From positions 1 to 62,406 of the forward strand of contig JACPCE010000003.1 of NCBI GenBank assembly GCA_016179945.1: a DNA stretch of 62,406 bases. The letters are read 5' to 3'. The first letter of the stretch is position 1; the number at the start of each line of letters is the position of its first letter. The position numbers and the translations under genes are program-made. Source of the stretch: Candidatus Woesearchaeota archaeon (lineage in GTDB: Archaea > Nanobdellota > Nanobdellia > SCGC-AAA011-G17 > GW2011-AR18). The notes under the pieces are model-generated. The model saw nothing but the letters and a program-made list of their open reading frames with translations. It was not told where the DNA came from and did not search any database. Shown piece by piece: positions 9,950 to 19,407 of the stretch.

Positions 9950-10275
9950 AAACAAAGAAATGCTATGAATGCAACGGAGAAATAGTAAGTAAAAAAATAG
10001 AAGTAGTTATTTCAGGAAAAAGTTTAGGTAAATTTCCTGCAGAAGTATGTAAAAAATGTGGGGAAGAAGTTTTTGATGAACTGACATCTAAAAAGATTGA
10101 TAAAACTGCAAAACAAAAAGGTTTATGGGGTTTAGCTAAGAAAATAAAGATAGTTAAGCTTGGAAGATCATTAGCAATTAAAATACCAAAAAGAATATCA
10201 GATTTCTTGGGTTTAAGGGAAGGGAAAGAAGCATTAATTAAACCTGAAAAAAATACGATTATAATAGAAAATTAA
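9946..10275 (+). CDS. Antitoxin candidate: MqsA/YgiT-type zinc ribbon fused to an AbrB/SpoVT (MazE-like) domain
   Basis: CYECNG...[10 protein letters not shown] zinc ribbon, then [28 protein letters not shown], the AbrB-type swapped-hairpin motif. Confidence 0.6.
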   Translation: MKTKKCYECNGEIVSKKIEVVISGKSLGKFPAEVCKKCGEEVFDELTSKKIDKTAKQKGLWGLAKKIKIVKLGRSLAIKIPKRISDFLGLREGKEALIKPEKNTIIIEN

Positions 10276-10832
10276 AATTTAACTTTAACAGCCTTTCTTT
10301 CTTCTTCACTTTCAGTTTTGAAAAATTCTTTTTGTATAAATCCAAATAATTTACCAATTAGATTACTAGGAAAACTTTGTAACTTTACATTCCATTCTTG
10401 CACACTATCATTATAGAATTGTCTTGAGTAAGCAATCTTGCTCTCTGTTCCACTAAGTTCTTCTTGCAATTGCATGAAATTTTGGCTAGCCTCTAATTTA
10501 GGATAACTTTCTGCAACAGCGAATATTGTTTTAAGTGCACCAGACAACATATTATCAGCTTTGGCCATATCTTTAGGATTTTTAGCATGCATAAAAGAAG
10601 TTCTTGCCTCTGTTATCTCTTTTAAAGTATCTTTTTCATGTTTCATATATCCCTTGACAGTTTCTATTAAATTAGGTATTAAGTCAAATCTTCTTTTAAG
10701 CTGAACATCAATTTGGCTCCAAGCATTATCTGCTCTATTTCTTAATCTGACAAAGGAATTATAACTAAATATAAACCAAAGAATTACTATAACAACAATT
10801 ATAATAATCCAAAGAGCTAGACTTAAAGCCAT
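10272..10832 (-). CDS. lemA: LemA family protein
   Basis: N-terminal TM helix, then [32 protein letters not shown], the LemA signature. Confidence 0.88.
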   Translation of the reverse strand: MALSLALWIIIIVVIVILWFIFSYNSFVRLRNRADNAWSQIDVQLKRRFDLIPNLIETVKGYMKHEKDTLKEITEARTSFMHAKNPKDMAKADNMLSGALKTIFAVAESYPKLEASQNFMQLQEELSGTESKIAYSRQFYNDSVQEWNVKLQSFPSNLIGKLFGFIQKEFFKTESEEERKAVKVKF

Positions 10833-10916
10833 AAATATAGAATTATTAATATATTTATAAGTCTTGTGGAAGATTAGTCAAAAGATTTAATAATTCTTTG
10901 AAGTATAATTTGTTAA

Positions 10917-11375
10917 ATGCCACATATTCATGATAAACTTGATTTTACAGTTGAAGTCTTTATTGTACATAAAAATAAGGTTCTTTTAAGAAAACACGAT
11001 AAATATAAAATTTGGTTGTCTATAGGTGGCCATATAGAACTTAATGAAGATCCAAATCAAGCTGCTATTCGTGAAGTTAAAGAAGAAGTTGGACTAAATG
11101 TTAAACTTGCAGGATACAATATGTTATTTTCAGATAATAATGAATATTATGAATTGATTCCGCCAAAGTTTCTTAACAGGCATAGAATAAATGAAGATCA
11201 CGAACATATTTCATTAATATATTTTGCCGTATCAGATACAGATAAGTTAATGCTTTCTCAAGAGGAATTGTCAGAAGAGTGTAGGTGGTTTACTTTGGAT
11301 GAGTTAGATAATTATGATATTAAAGAGAGTATAAAATTTTATGCAAGAAAAGCTTTGGAGGAGTTAAAACTTTAA
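10917..11375 (+). CDS. Nudix hydrolase
   Basis: Nudix box GGHIELNEDPNQAAIREVKEEVGL. Confidence 0.82.
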   Translation: MPHIHDKLDFTVEVFIVHKNKVLLRKHDKYKIWLSIGGHIELNEDPNQAAIREVKEEVGLNVKLAGYNMLFSDNNEYYELIPPKFLNRHRINEDHEHISLIYFAVSDTDKLMLSQEELSEECRWFTLDELDNYDIKESIKFYARKALEELKL

Positions 11376-11382
11376 AAATAAA

Positions 11383-12141
11383 ATGCAAATAAGTTTTTTT
11401 GAAGAATTTCCAAATTCCAAAACATTAATTAAATTAGAATTAATAAAATTTTCAACAAAATTATACTTGGCAGAGTATAGTATTGAAGGTTACAAACAGT
11501 ATAAAAAAGAGCTGCAAAACAAATATAAAAATATTAAAGAGATAATCTGGTGGCCAATTTTAAATGTTGATGAAGGCTACTGGTTTAGTCCTTGGTCTAA
11601 GAGAAGAGCATTATTAAGAACGTTTCATAATTTAATGAACGAGAAAATTCCAATTTTGTGGGATGCAGAACTTCCAAAAAACAGAAAGCTAATAATAACG
11701 CAGTTCTTTAAACATTTTAAAAATAGAAAACTAATAAAATTATTTATTAGAAAATACCAAGGTCAGATTCACACTGCAGAATATTTTATTGACAACTGGT
11801 TTGTGAAAAAATTCTTGGAAATAAATTGCTTAAGTTTTAATCCTAAAAAATATAACAATATAAAAATTAAGATGTTATACACTTCAATGATGCCTTGGGC
11901 AACTGAAAGTATAATTAGAAAAGAAATTAAGAAATACAAAAGACAGTATAGCGATAAGTTCTTTATTGGTTTGGGTGTTTTAGATATTGGAATTAATGGC
12001 GATGAAAATATTATTACGTCTGAAAAACTAGAAAGAGATTTAAAAATATGTAAAGAATTAGGCGTAAAAGAAGTTGTTATTTACAGGTTGGGCGGATTAA
12101 ATAAAAAATTCTTAAAAATTATAAAGGGTTTTTCTGATTAA
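11383..12141 (+). CDS. Hypothetical protein
   Basis: 252-aa ORF packed tightly after the Nudix gene. No motif recognised. Confidence 0.45.
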   Translation: MQISFFEEFPNSKTLIKLELIKFSTKLYLAEYSIEGYKQYKKELQNKYKNIKEIIWWPILNVDEGYWFSPWSKRRALLRTFHNLMNEKIPILWDAELPKNRKLIITQFFKHFKNRKLIKLFIRKYQGQIHTAEYFIDNWFVKKFLEINCLSFNPKKYNNIKIKMLYTSMMPWATESIIRKEIKKYKRQYSDKFFIGLGVLDIGINGDENIITSEKLERDLKICKELGVKEVVIYRLGGLNKKFLKIIKGFSD

Positions 12142-12207
12142 TTAAGTCTATAATTTGTATATTTATTTATAATAAAGTATTTAACCAAATAAATTAATAA
12201 AGTATTT

Positions 12208-13434
12208 ATGGGTTTAATAAAATATCTTAGGGCATTGCTTCCTCTTTCTTTATTTTCTTTAGCAGTAACAAATTTTAATACTGGTTGTGAACCAGATGTA
12301 ACCCAAGTAAATTTACCTAAGAAAACAGAATTAAGTGATTTATTGCAAAATAATGCTAATAGTGAAGATCTAAGTTCTAACTTAGATGCTAGTACGGGAT
12401 TTAATAGAGATGCTGCTTGCTTATCTATAAAAGCTGAAGCCAAACAAATAAAGAAATCATTGGATATAATTTTGGTTGTTGATAATTCTGGAAGTATGGG
12501 TGATAAAATAAAAGCAGTTCAAAATAATATAAATGCTAATTTCGGTAATATATTAAATAATAATCAATTAGATTATAGAGTTATAGTTTTGTCAAAACAT
12601 GGTGATGTAAATTTAGGTTCAGCTCATATATGTATAACTAAACCTCTTAGTAACACAGACTGTAATCCGGTTCCCCCAAAGCCAAGTATAAGTAATAGAT
12701 TTTATCATTACGATCAAGAAGTTGATAGCAGGGATTCTTTACTTAAACTTATTCAAACATACATTAAGCAAGATATAAATGGTTTTTCTAAAAATGGTTG
12801 GTCTGATTGGTTAAGGAAAGATGCAGTCAAAATAATTATAGAAGTTAGCGATGATGATTCAGGAATAAATTATTCCACATTCTTAAATGGAATAATTGAT
12901 TCAGTTCCACAAATGTTCGGGACCCAAGATAACCCAAATCTTATATTTTATAGTATTGTAAGTTTAAAAGAAAATAATCCTCCAACAAAACCTTGGACTT
13001 ATGCTGATGTTATTAAATTAGATATGTGTCAGGATCCCAAAGCCACTCCCGTTAGACCAGGTATTCAATATCAATTACTAAGCAATTTGACAAAAGGATT
13101 AAGATTTTCAATATGTCAATATAATAGTTTTGATGTTGTATTTAAGCAACTAGCTGCAGAAGTAACTACCAATTCTATTTTACCATGTGAGTTTGAGATA
13201 CCTAGTCCGCCAGCAGGAAAACAAATTGGTGATATTGCAATATTATATACTATTGGAATGGGGCCACAATTAGAATTTACTCAAGTTAAAGATGAAGTAT
13301 TTTGTGATGCTAATAAATTTTATATAGATAATGTAACAAATAAAATTGAATTATGTAAAAAAACATGTGATAGGGTCTTACAAGAAGGAGGAAAAATAGA
13401 TATCTACTTTGGTTGTGATGGTAAGATATTTTAA
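12208..13434 (+). CDS. Secreted lipoprotein with a von Willebrand factor A-like domain
   Basis: Signal peptide plus lipobox (NTGC). MIDAS-like LVVDNSGSMGD. Cys-rich C-terminal part. Confidence 0.6.
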   Translation: MGLIKYLRALLPLSLFSLAVTNFNTGCEPDVTQVNLPKKTELSDLLQNNANSEDLSSNLDASTGFNRDAACLSIKAEAKQIKKSLDIILVVDNSGSMGDKIKAVQNNINANFGNILNNNQLDYRVIVLSKHGDVNLGSAHICITKPLSNTDCNPVPPKPSISNRFYHYDQEVDSRDSLLKLIQTYIKQDINGFSKNGWSDWLRKDAVKIIIEVSDDDSGINYSTFLNGIIDSVPQMFGTQDNPNLIFYSIVSLKENNPPTKPWTYADVIKLDMCQDPKATPVRPGIQYQLLSNLTKGLRFSICQYNSFDVVFKQLAAEVTTNSILPCEFEIPSPPAGKQIGDIAILYTIGMGPQLEFTQVKDEVFCDANKFYIDNVTNKIELCKKTCDRVLQEGGKIDIYFGCDGKIF

Positions 13435-13443
13435 TTTTATAAT

Positions 13444-14367
13444 ATGAAATTTAGAAGAAAATTAGGATTGATTTCACTTTTACTTGGATTTGTTGCTTGC
13501 GCACAACCCGATGATAATAATAACAATAATTATGATTATGCTCATAATAGAGACCTAAGTAGTTCAGAAATTGGAAAAAGTAGAGGAACTAATCCAGATT
13601 TGTCTTTAGTTTATGATTTAGGGATGCCAGATACTACAAAAGGAAATGGAAATATAGACGATCTGTGTAAAAAATATGATCCTAGTGCAGATCCTAAATG
13701 CATTGCTTACTTATCTTTTGATAATAATAGTTATATAGATCTTTGTTCAGGAAAAAAATGGGAAAAATCTTCTGGAGTTATTGCAGTTAATCCTCCTAAA
13801 GGTTTTCCTGGAGCAGTAGAAATTAATGGAGGGGATTTTGTATCAATAAATCAAAGAAATTTAAAAGGAAAATTGAAATTTGGAACTGAAGGGGAATATA
13901 CTGTTGCCTTAAAGTTTAAGATTTGTGAAGAACAAAAAGATTATTTTAAAATTGCTAATGATTTCGATGATTTAACAAATGAAATTAATTATTCAGGTAT
14001 TGGTATTTATTATAACCCGCCTTTTGGATGGGGTTGTGTTTTAAAGGATTCTGAAGGAAATTTTAGATCTGCATTTCACCCAGATTTCAAAGACTTAACT
14101 CTTGCTAATTGTGAATATCATCAGATAGTTTGTGGTAGAAAAGATATAGGCAATACCCTTTATATAGCAATAGATGGAAAAGAAAAAGAAGTTGAATTAT
14201 TAAGTAAAATAAATGTAGATAGTGCTAGTGACTTTATGTTAGCAAATACCCCGTTAGGTATAGTTAATTCTAACTATAATTGGCCGTGGTTACCAATAAA
14301 AGTAACAGTAGCAGATGTTCGTATTATAGGTGAATTTAGAAAATTAAAAGGTGCACCTTGCAATTAA
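13444..14367 (+). CDS. Secreted lipoprotein, unknown function
   Basis: Signal peptide with lipobox LLLGFVAC. Confidence 0.5.
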   Translation: MKFRRKLGLISLLLGFVACAQPDDNNNNNYDYAHNRDLSSSEIGKSRGTNPDLSLVYDLGMPDTTKGNGNIDDLCKKYDPSADPKCIAYLSFDNNSYIDLCSGKKWEKSSGVIAVNPPKGFPGAVEINGGDFVSINQRNLKGKLKFGTEGEYTVALKFKICEEQKDYFKIANDFDDLTNEINYSGIGIYYNPPFGWGCVLKDSEGNFRSAFHPDFKDLTLANCEYHQIVCGRKDIGNTLYIAIDGKEKEVELLSKINVDSASDFMLANTPLGIVNSNYNWPWLPIKVTVADVRIIGEFRKLKGAPCN

Positions 14368-14369
14368 AA

Positions 14370-14651
14370 ATGAGAAAATTAAGTTTAACGTCTTTGGTTT
14401 TAGGAACCTTGTTATCTGTTGGTGGATGCGCAGGCCCATGCAAAGATATAAAAGACATAGGATATGTAACTCATCCTTATAAAGTTTCAACTAGATCTGA
14501 AGAAGAGCTAGTAGAAAAAGATGGAAAATTTTATCTAAGGGAAAAATGGAGAGAAAATGTATATCAGTGTGAAAGAGGTAGAAAAATAGGAAAATTTAAC
14601 AGGAAATATACTGCTTTAAGGGGTGTTAACGAATTAATTAGAGAAAATTAA
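14370..14651 (+). CDS. Small secreted lipoprotein
   Basis: MRKLSLTSLVLGTLLSVGGC lipobox. The ATG at 14370 follows the preceding stop. Confidence 0.45.
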   Translation: MRKLSLTSLVLGTLLSVGGCAGPCKDIKDIGYVTHPYKVSTRSEEELVEKDGKFYLREKWRENVYQCERGRKIGKFNRKYTALRGVNELIREN

Positions 14652-14652
14652 T

Positions 14653-15762
14653 TTATTTTAAACCTTTAGCAAATTCTTTTATTTTTTCAATTAAGCTCTT
14701 TTTCTCCTCAGTTTTCTTAAGATTTTCAAATAGTTTTTTCTGCTCTTTAGTTAAATGTTTAGGAGTTAAAACATCTATTATAACATAAAGATCTCCCCTA
14801 CCATACCCGTCTAAATAAGGCACTCCCTGCCCCTTTAATCTAAACTTAGTTCCGCTTTGTGTTCCATTAGGTATTTTTATATTAACGTCTTTCTCTAAAG
14901 TAGGAACTTTAATGTCCTCTCCAAGTGCAGCCTGACTAAAACTTATTGGAACATGCAAGTATAAATCATTTTCTTCTCTTTCAAATATTTCGCTAGGTTT
15001 TACTTTTAAAATAACATACAAATCACCAGCACTACTTCCTCTAACTCCTGCTTCACCACCTCTAGAAATCCTTAACTTAGCACCATCACCTACACCAGCA
15101 GGAACTTTTACCTTTACATTTTTATTTTTTGTAACTCTGCCAGTACCATTGCATTCTTTGCATTTATGTAATATACTCTTGCCTTCACCACCACACGCAT
15201 TGCAGGTACTAACTTGTGAAAATACACCAAAAGGAGTTCTTCTGCTTAATCTAATTTGTCCAGTGCCTTTACATTCATCACAAGAATCCAATTTTCCGTC
15301 TTTGCTGCCAGTGCCTTTACATTCATCACAAGAATCCAAAATTTCAATATTAATATCTTTTGTACAGCCAAAGATAGCATCTTCAAAATTAATTTCCAGT
15401 TCATAAGCTAAATCTCTTCCTCTATTTTGATTTCTTTTTCCACCTCCATGAAAAAACATATTAAATATGTCATCGCCAAACATATCTCCAAAAACATCTC
15501 CAAAATCAAAATCCCTGAAAATATCTTCTTGAGAATATCTTTGTTGAAATCCAGTAGAACCAAACTGATCATACTGCGCCTTTTTTGTATCGTCACTTAG
15601 AACAGCATAAGCTTCAGAAATTTTTTTAAATTTTTCATTAGCATCTTTTTCTTTGCTTATATCTGGATGATATTTTTTAGCTAATTCTCTATAGGATTTC
15701 TTGATTTCATCTTTAGAAGCACTTTTATTTACACCTAAAGTTTGATAATAATCTTCAGTCAT
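14653..15762 (-). CDS. dnaJ: Molecular chaperone DnaJ
   Basis: J domain with HPD (KKYHPD), a G/F region, and four CxxCxGxG zinc repeats. Confidence 0.95.
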   Translation of the reverse strand: MTEDYYQTLGVNKSASKDEIKKSYRELAKKYHPDISKEKDANEKFKKISEAYAVLSDDTKKAQYDQFGSTGFQQRYSQEDIFRDFDFGDVFGDMFGDDIFNMFFHGGGKRNQNRGRDLAYELEINFEDAIFGCTKDINIEILDSCDECKGTGSKDGKLDSCDECKGTGQIRLSRRTPFGVFSQVSTCNACGGEGKSILHKCKECNGTGRVTKNKNVKVKVPAGVGDGAKLRISRGGEAGVRGSSAGDLYVILKVKPSEIFEREENDLYLHVPISFSQAALGEDIKVPTLEKDVNIKIPNGTQSGTKFRLKGQGVPYLDGYGRGDLYVIIDVLTPKHLTKEQKKLFENLKKTEEKKSLIEKIKEFAKGLK

Positions 15763-15765
15763 TAT

Positions 15766-15948
15766 TCATTTCCTCTTTGTAGATATATTTATATGATATG
15801 TTGCAGATAGGTTGTTTGCTCTAACAAATAAAATAGAATCTACAGGTAAAGTCATTAAATCCACTGTTTCTAATTTTTCAGATGAAGCCCTATCTAAAAA
15901 AGGTATATCTCCCCTATTACCGGCAACTAAATCATTTAAATTAGCCAT
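15766..15948 (-). CDS. Small ORF between dnaK and dnaJ
   Basis: 60 aa on the same strand. Its stop lies 3 nt before the dnaJ ATG. No homology recognised. Confidence 0.3.
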   Translation of the reverse strand: MANLNDLVAGNRGDIPFLDRASSEKLETVDLMTLPVDSILFVRANNLSATYHINISTKRK

Positions 15949-16001
15949 GTACTTAGGTCATCTCACATCCAGTTAATAAATTTAATTAAAAAAATAAAAA
16001 A

Positions 16002-17834
16002 TTACTTTTCATTATCGTCTACAATTTCTGCATCAACAGCGTCATCTTTTTTACCATTTTTAGTAACCTCTTCTTCATTAGCTTTATTCTCTTGTTTCAT
16101 TGCTTCCTGATACATCTTTGTAGACACTTCATGTAACTTTTTATTAATGTCTTCCATTTTTTTCTTTAATTTCTCTGTTTCATTATTCTTAATTAGGTCT
16201 TTTAATTCATTTTTTTCTGCTTCAATCTCTGCTATTTTTTCTTTAGGAAGTTTTTCTCCAAAGTCTTTAACACTTTTTTCTATTGTGTAAACTAAAGCTT
16301 CTGCCTGATTTTTTGTTTCTATCCCTTCTTTCTTCATTTTGTCTTCATCTGCAAATTCCTCAGCTTCTTTTTTCATTCTTTCAATTTCATCTTTATCTAG
16401 CTTCTGAGCACCAGTAACTCTAATGCTCTGTTCTTTTTTAGTAGCTAAGTCTTTAGCACTTACATGCAAAATACCATTTGCATCTATATCAAATGTAACT
16501 TCTACCTGTGGAACTCCTCTTTGAGAAGGAGGTATTCCAATTAAATCAAATCTTCCTAAACTCTTATTGTCACTAGACATCTCTCTTTCTCCCTGCAATA
16601 CATGTATTGTTACTGCTGTCTGATTATCTTCTGCAGTACTAAATACTTGGCTTCTTTTAGTTGGCACTGTAGTGTTTCTTGGTATTATTGGTGTTCTAAC
16701 ACCACCTAAAGTTTCTATGCCTAAAGTTAAAGGTGTAACATCTAACAATAAAATATCTTTAACTTCTCCGCCTAAAACCCCGCCTTGAACAGCTGCACCC
16801 ATTGCAACACATTCCATAGGATCTAAGCCTCTCTCAGCTTTCTTATCAAGAATATTTTCAACAAAATTCTTGACAATAGGCATTCTTGTAGGTCCGCCAA
16901 CAAGAATTATTTTATTAATTTGTTCACTTGTTAATTTTGCATCTTTCAAAGCTTGCAAGACTGGCTTTTTGCATCTTTGTATTAAGGGATCAACAAGCTC
17001 TTCAATCTTAGCTCTAGTTAATTTCATCTGTAAATTATTTGAGCCATGTATAAATGGTAAATTTATCTCTGTTTCCATAGTTGTACTAAGTTCAATCTTT
17101 GCTCTTTCAGCAGCCTCTCTAATTCTTTGTACTGCTGTTTTATCATCGTTTAAATCAATTCCAGTTTGTTTTTCAAACTCTTTAATTATGAAATTTATAA
17201 GAACAACATCCATATCAGTTCCACCTAATTGAGTGTCTCCGCTAGTTGCTTTTACTTCAAAGACACCACCACCAAATTCCATTATTGTTACATCTAAGGT
17301 TCCACCGCCTAAGTCAAATACTAAAATTTTAGCCTCTTTGTCTTGTTTGTCTAAGCCATAAGATAAAGAAGCAGCTGTAGGTTCATTTACAATTCTAACA
17401 ACTTCTAAACCTGCAATTTCACCAGCATCTTTTGTAGCTTGTCTTTGATCATCATCAAAATATGCAGGAACAGTAATTACTGCTTTGTCAACTTTCTCTC
17501 CCAAAAATTCTTCTGCATCTTTTTTTATTTTTTGTAATATAAAAGCAGAAATCTGTTGAGGTGTATATTCTTTTCCAAATATTTTATACTTAAAATTACT
17601 ACCCATTTTTCTTTTAGCACCAATTATTGTGCCTTCAGGATTAGAAACAGCTTGTCTTCTTGCAGGTTCTCCAACTAGCATCTGCCCATCTTTTGTAAAT
17701 GCAACAACACTTGGAAATGCCTTGCCATATAAACTTGTACCTTCAGCGCTTGGTACTATTACTGGTCTTCCAGCTTGTAAAACAGAGGCTGCACTGTTTG
17801 AAGTTCCCAAATCTATTCCTACGATTTTAGTCAT
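16002..17834 (-). CDS. dnaK: Molecular chaperone DnaK (Hsp70)
   Basis: [20 protein letters not shown] and VGGPTRMP motifs. 610 aa. Confidence 0.97.
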   Translation of the reverse strand: MTKIVGIDLGTSNSAASVLQAGRPVIVPSAEGTSLYGKAFPSVVAFTKDGQMLVGEPARRQAVSNPEGTIIGAKRKMGSNFKYKIFGKEYTPQQISAFILQKIKKDAEEFLGEKVDKAVITVPAYFDDDQRQATKDAGEIAGLEVVRIVNEPTAASLSYGLDKQDKEAKILVFDLGGGTLDVTIMEFGGGVFEVKATSGDTQLGGTDMDVVLINFIIKEFEKQTGIDLNDDKTAVQRIREAAERAKIELSTTMETEINLPFIHGSNNLQMKLTRAKIEELVDPLIQRCKKPVLQALKDAKLTSEQINKIILVGGPTRMPIVKNFVENILDKKAERGLDPMECVAMGAAVQGGVLGGEVKDILLLDVTPLTLGIETLGGVRTPIIPRNTTVPTKRSQVFSTAEDNQTAVTIHVLQGEREMSSDNKSLGRFDLIGIPPSQRGVPQVEVTFDIDANGILHVSAKDLATKKEQSIRVTGAQKLDKDEIERMKKEAEEFADEDKMKKEGIETKNQAEALVYTIEKSVKDFGEKLPKEKIAEIEAEKNELKDLIKNNETEKLKKKMEDINKKLHEVSTKMYQEAMKQENKANEEEVTKNGKKDDAVDAEIVDDNEK

Positions 17835-17980
17835 TTTTTCTTCCTCCCTAAACTTATTTTCCTATTTTTTGCAACACATTTATGTTTAGCATAATCATTT
17901 TCAAAATAAAATAATCTCCAGCATAATGGACATTCATAAGGATTTCCCAATTGATTTGATTCAACTATTGTAACGCTCAT
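17831..17980 (-). CDS. Small zinc-finger ORF translationally coupled to dnaK
   Basis: 49-aa ORF below the track cutoff: [49 protein letters not shown] (CxxC-x12-HxC). AGGAGGAAAA precedes its ATG. Its TGA overlaps the dnaK ATG (ATGA). Confidence 0.45.
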   Translation of the reverse strand: MSVTIVESNQLGNPYECPLCWRLFYFENDYAKHKCVAKNRKISLGRKKK

Positions 17981-17988
17981 TTTTCCTC

Positions 17989-18177
17989 CTATTGATACAT
18001 TCTCCTTGATGCATATCCTGATGTATTAGATCTTGAATAGCCAAAAATTGAAACATAACCAGCCCTGTCTCCTGATACTTCAACTTTAGTAGCTCCTCTC
18101 ATTACATAACTTGAGCAGCCGCCATGATCATTTAATTGACACATTTTATTCTTCTCTCCCATAAAATTGAACAACAC
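17989..18177 (-). CDS. Small ORF in the grpE-dnaK spacer
   Basis: 51-62 aa depending on the start (MCQLNDHGGCSSYVMRGATKVEV...). An ATG at 18144 lies 1 nt after the previous stop. Confidence 0.33.
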   Translation of the reverse strand: MLFNFMGEKNKMCQLNDHGGCSSYVMRGATKVEVSGDRAGYVSIFGYSRSNTSGYASRRMYQ

Positions 18178-18352
18178 TGTCTAAAGTTCTAATAGGACAT
18201 GAAACCCCTTCTCTCCTCATTCTAGAAAAAACATTTTCAACTATAAAATCAACAGCATAACGTGCATCTTCTCCAGTTATACCCCTCTTATGTAAAATTG
18301 GTACTATTCTAAGTGCTGCATGAGCATAACTTAAACTTCCTTTTGTGTACAT
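18146..18352 (-). CDS. Small ORF immediately downstream of grpE
   Basis: 68 aa (MYTKGSLSYAHAALRIVPILHKRGITGEDARYAVDF...). Its ATG overlaps the grpE TAA (TAATG). Confidence 0.38.
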   Translation of the reverse strand: MYTKGSLSYAHAALRIVPILHKRGITGEDARYAVDFIVENVFSRMRREGVSCPIRTLDSVVQFYGREE

Positions 18353-18831
18353 TATTCTTTCCCCCCGCATTTGCTTATTCTGACTTTACTTGGCCTCAAA
18401 ACTTTGTTCTTTAAAATATAACCTTTCTGTAATTCTTCAACAACAACATCATTTTCATCTCCGTTTACAATATCTATAACTTCATGTTTGAAAGGATCTA
18501 ATTTTTCACCAATAGCATTCATTGCAACAACATCTTCTTCCTGTAAAATCTTATTCAATTGTTTATAGATCATTTCGATACCATTAGCAATTTCCTTGTT
18601 TTCTTTTGTAACATCCAAAGCTTTTTCAAAATCATCTACTATATTTAATAATTTAGCAACCAATTTATGATTTGAGTAATTTGCAAACTCTTCTCTTTCT
18701 TTTTCTACTCTCTTTATATAATTTTCAAAATCAGCTTGTAATCTTTTTAAAATATTAGTATAATCATCTATTACTTTCTGTTGTTCATCTAATTTTGTTT
18801 GTAAGTCTTCGTTTTTTGTATCAAATCCCAT
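18352..18831 (-). CDS. grpE: Nucleotide exchange factor GrpE
   Basis: Coiled-coil LQADFENYIKRVEKE, then a C-terminal beta domain FKHEVI...GYILKNKVLRPSKV. Confidence 0.9.
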   Translation of the reverse strand: MGFDTKNEDLQTKLDEQQKVIDDYTNILKRLQADFENYIKRVEKEREEFANYSNHKLVAKLLNIVDDFEKALDVTKENKEIANGIEMIYKQLNKILQEEDVVAMNAIGEKLDPFKHEVIDIVNGDENDVVVEELQKGYILKNKVLRPSKVRISKCGGKE

Positions 18832-18924
18832 TTTATCCCTTGTTGATCTTAAATCAACATATAGATAGTAAAGCCAACATATATATAAATGTTTCTCTCT
18901 TATAAGATATAGAGTAGGAAAATA

Positions 18925-19359
18925 ATGAAACTAACAATCATAAGATTAAGAAAACCAGCTGAAAAAGACGTTAATAAGGATTTACAGTGGTTTTCTGAGA
19001 GTTTAGGATTATTTGGAGATAGAGATAAGGAAAAATCGTGTTTTAGAGTATTTTTAGAACTTATTAAGGCTGCAAGAAGAAAAAAACCCTTAAGTAGCGA
19101 TGAAATAGCTTTAAGATCTAATTTAACAAGAGCTACAGTAATTCATCATATACACAAATTAATAGAATCTGGTTTAGTCACTCATTATAATAATCAATAT
19201 ATTTTAAGAGTAGAAAACTTAGAAAGCCTGATTTTTGAACTTAGAAAAGACTTAATGAGAACCCTGGAAGATTTAGAAGATATTGCAAAAGACCTTGATG
19301 AGGAATTGGGTTTAATAAAAAGGTCAAGAACTAAAAGTTCTACTATAAGCGAAGATTAA
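18925..19359 (+). CDS. Winged-helix transcriptional regulator, divergent from the grpE operon
   Basis: LSSDEIALRSNLTRATVIHHIHKLIESGLV is an ArsR/TrmB-like HTH. Confidence 0.6.
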   Translation: MKLTIIRLRKPAEKDVNKDLQWFSESLGLFGDRDKEKSCFRVFLELIKAARRKKPLSSDEIALRSNLTRATVIHHIHKLIESGLVTHYNNQYILRVENLESLIFELRKDLMRTLEDLEDIAKDLDEELGLIKRSRTKSSTISED

Positions 19360-19407
19360 TTACTTTAAAGTAATAAATTTTATATATAGGTAATATTTAG
19401 TAATTTT

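Noticed and set aside
16870-17232. Antisense shadow ORFs in the track, for example 16870-17232 and 17629-17889 opposite dnaK, 6248-6583 opposite radA, 28663-28914 inside the giant gene, 43746-44333 opposite the dehydrogenase, 58865-59521 opposite infB, and 29-250 opposite the geranylgeranyl reductase
   Set aside because: They lie fully within strongly supported genes on the other strand. They have low-complexity translations typical of AT-rich antisense frames and lack start-context support.
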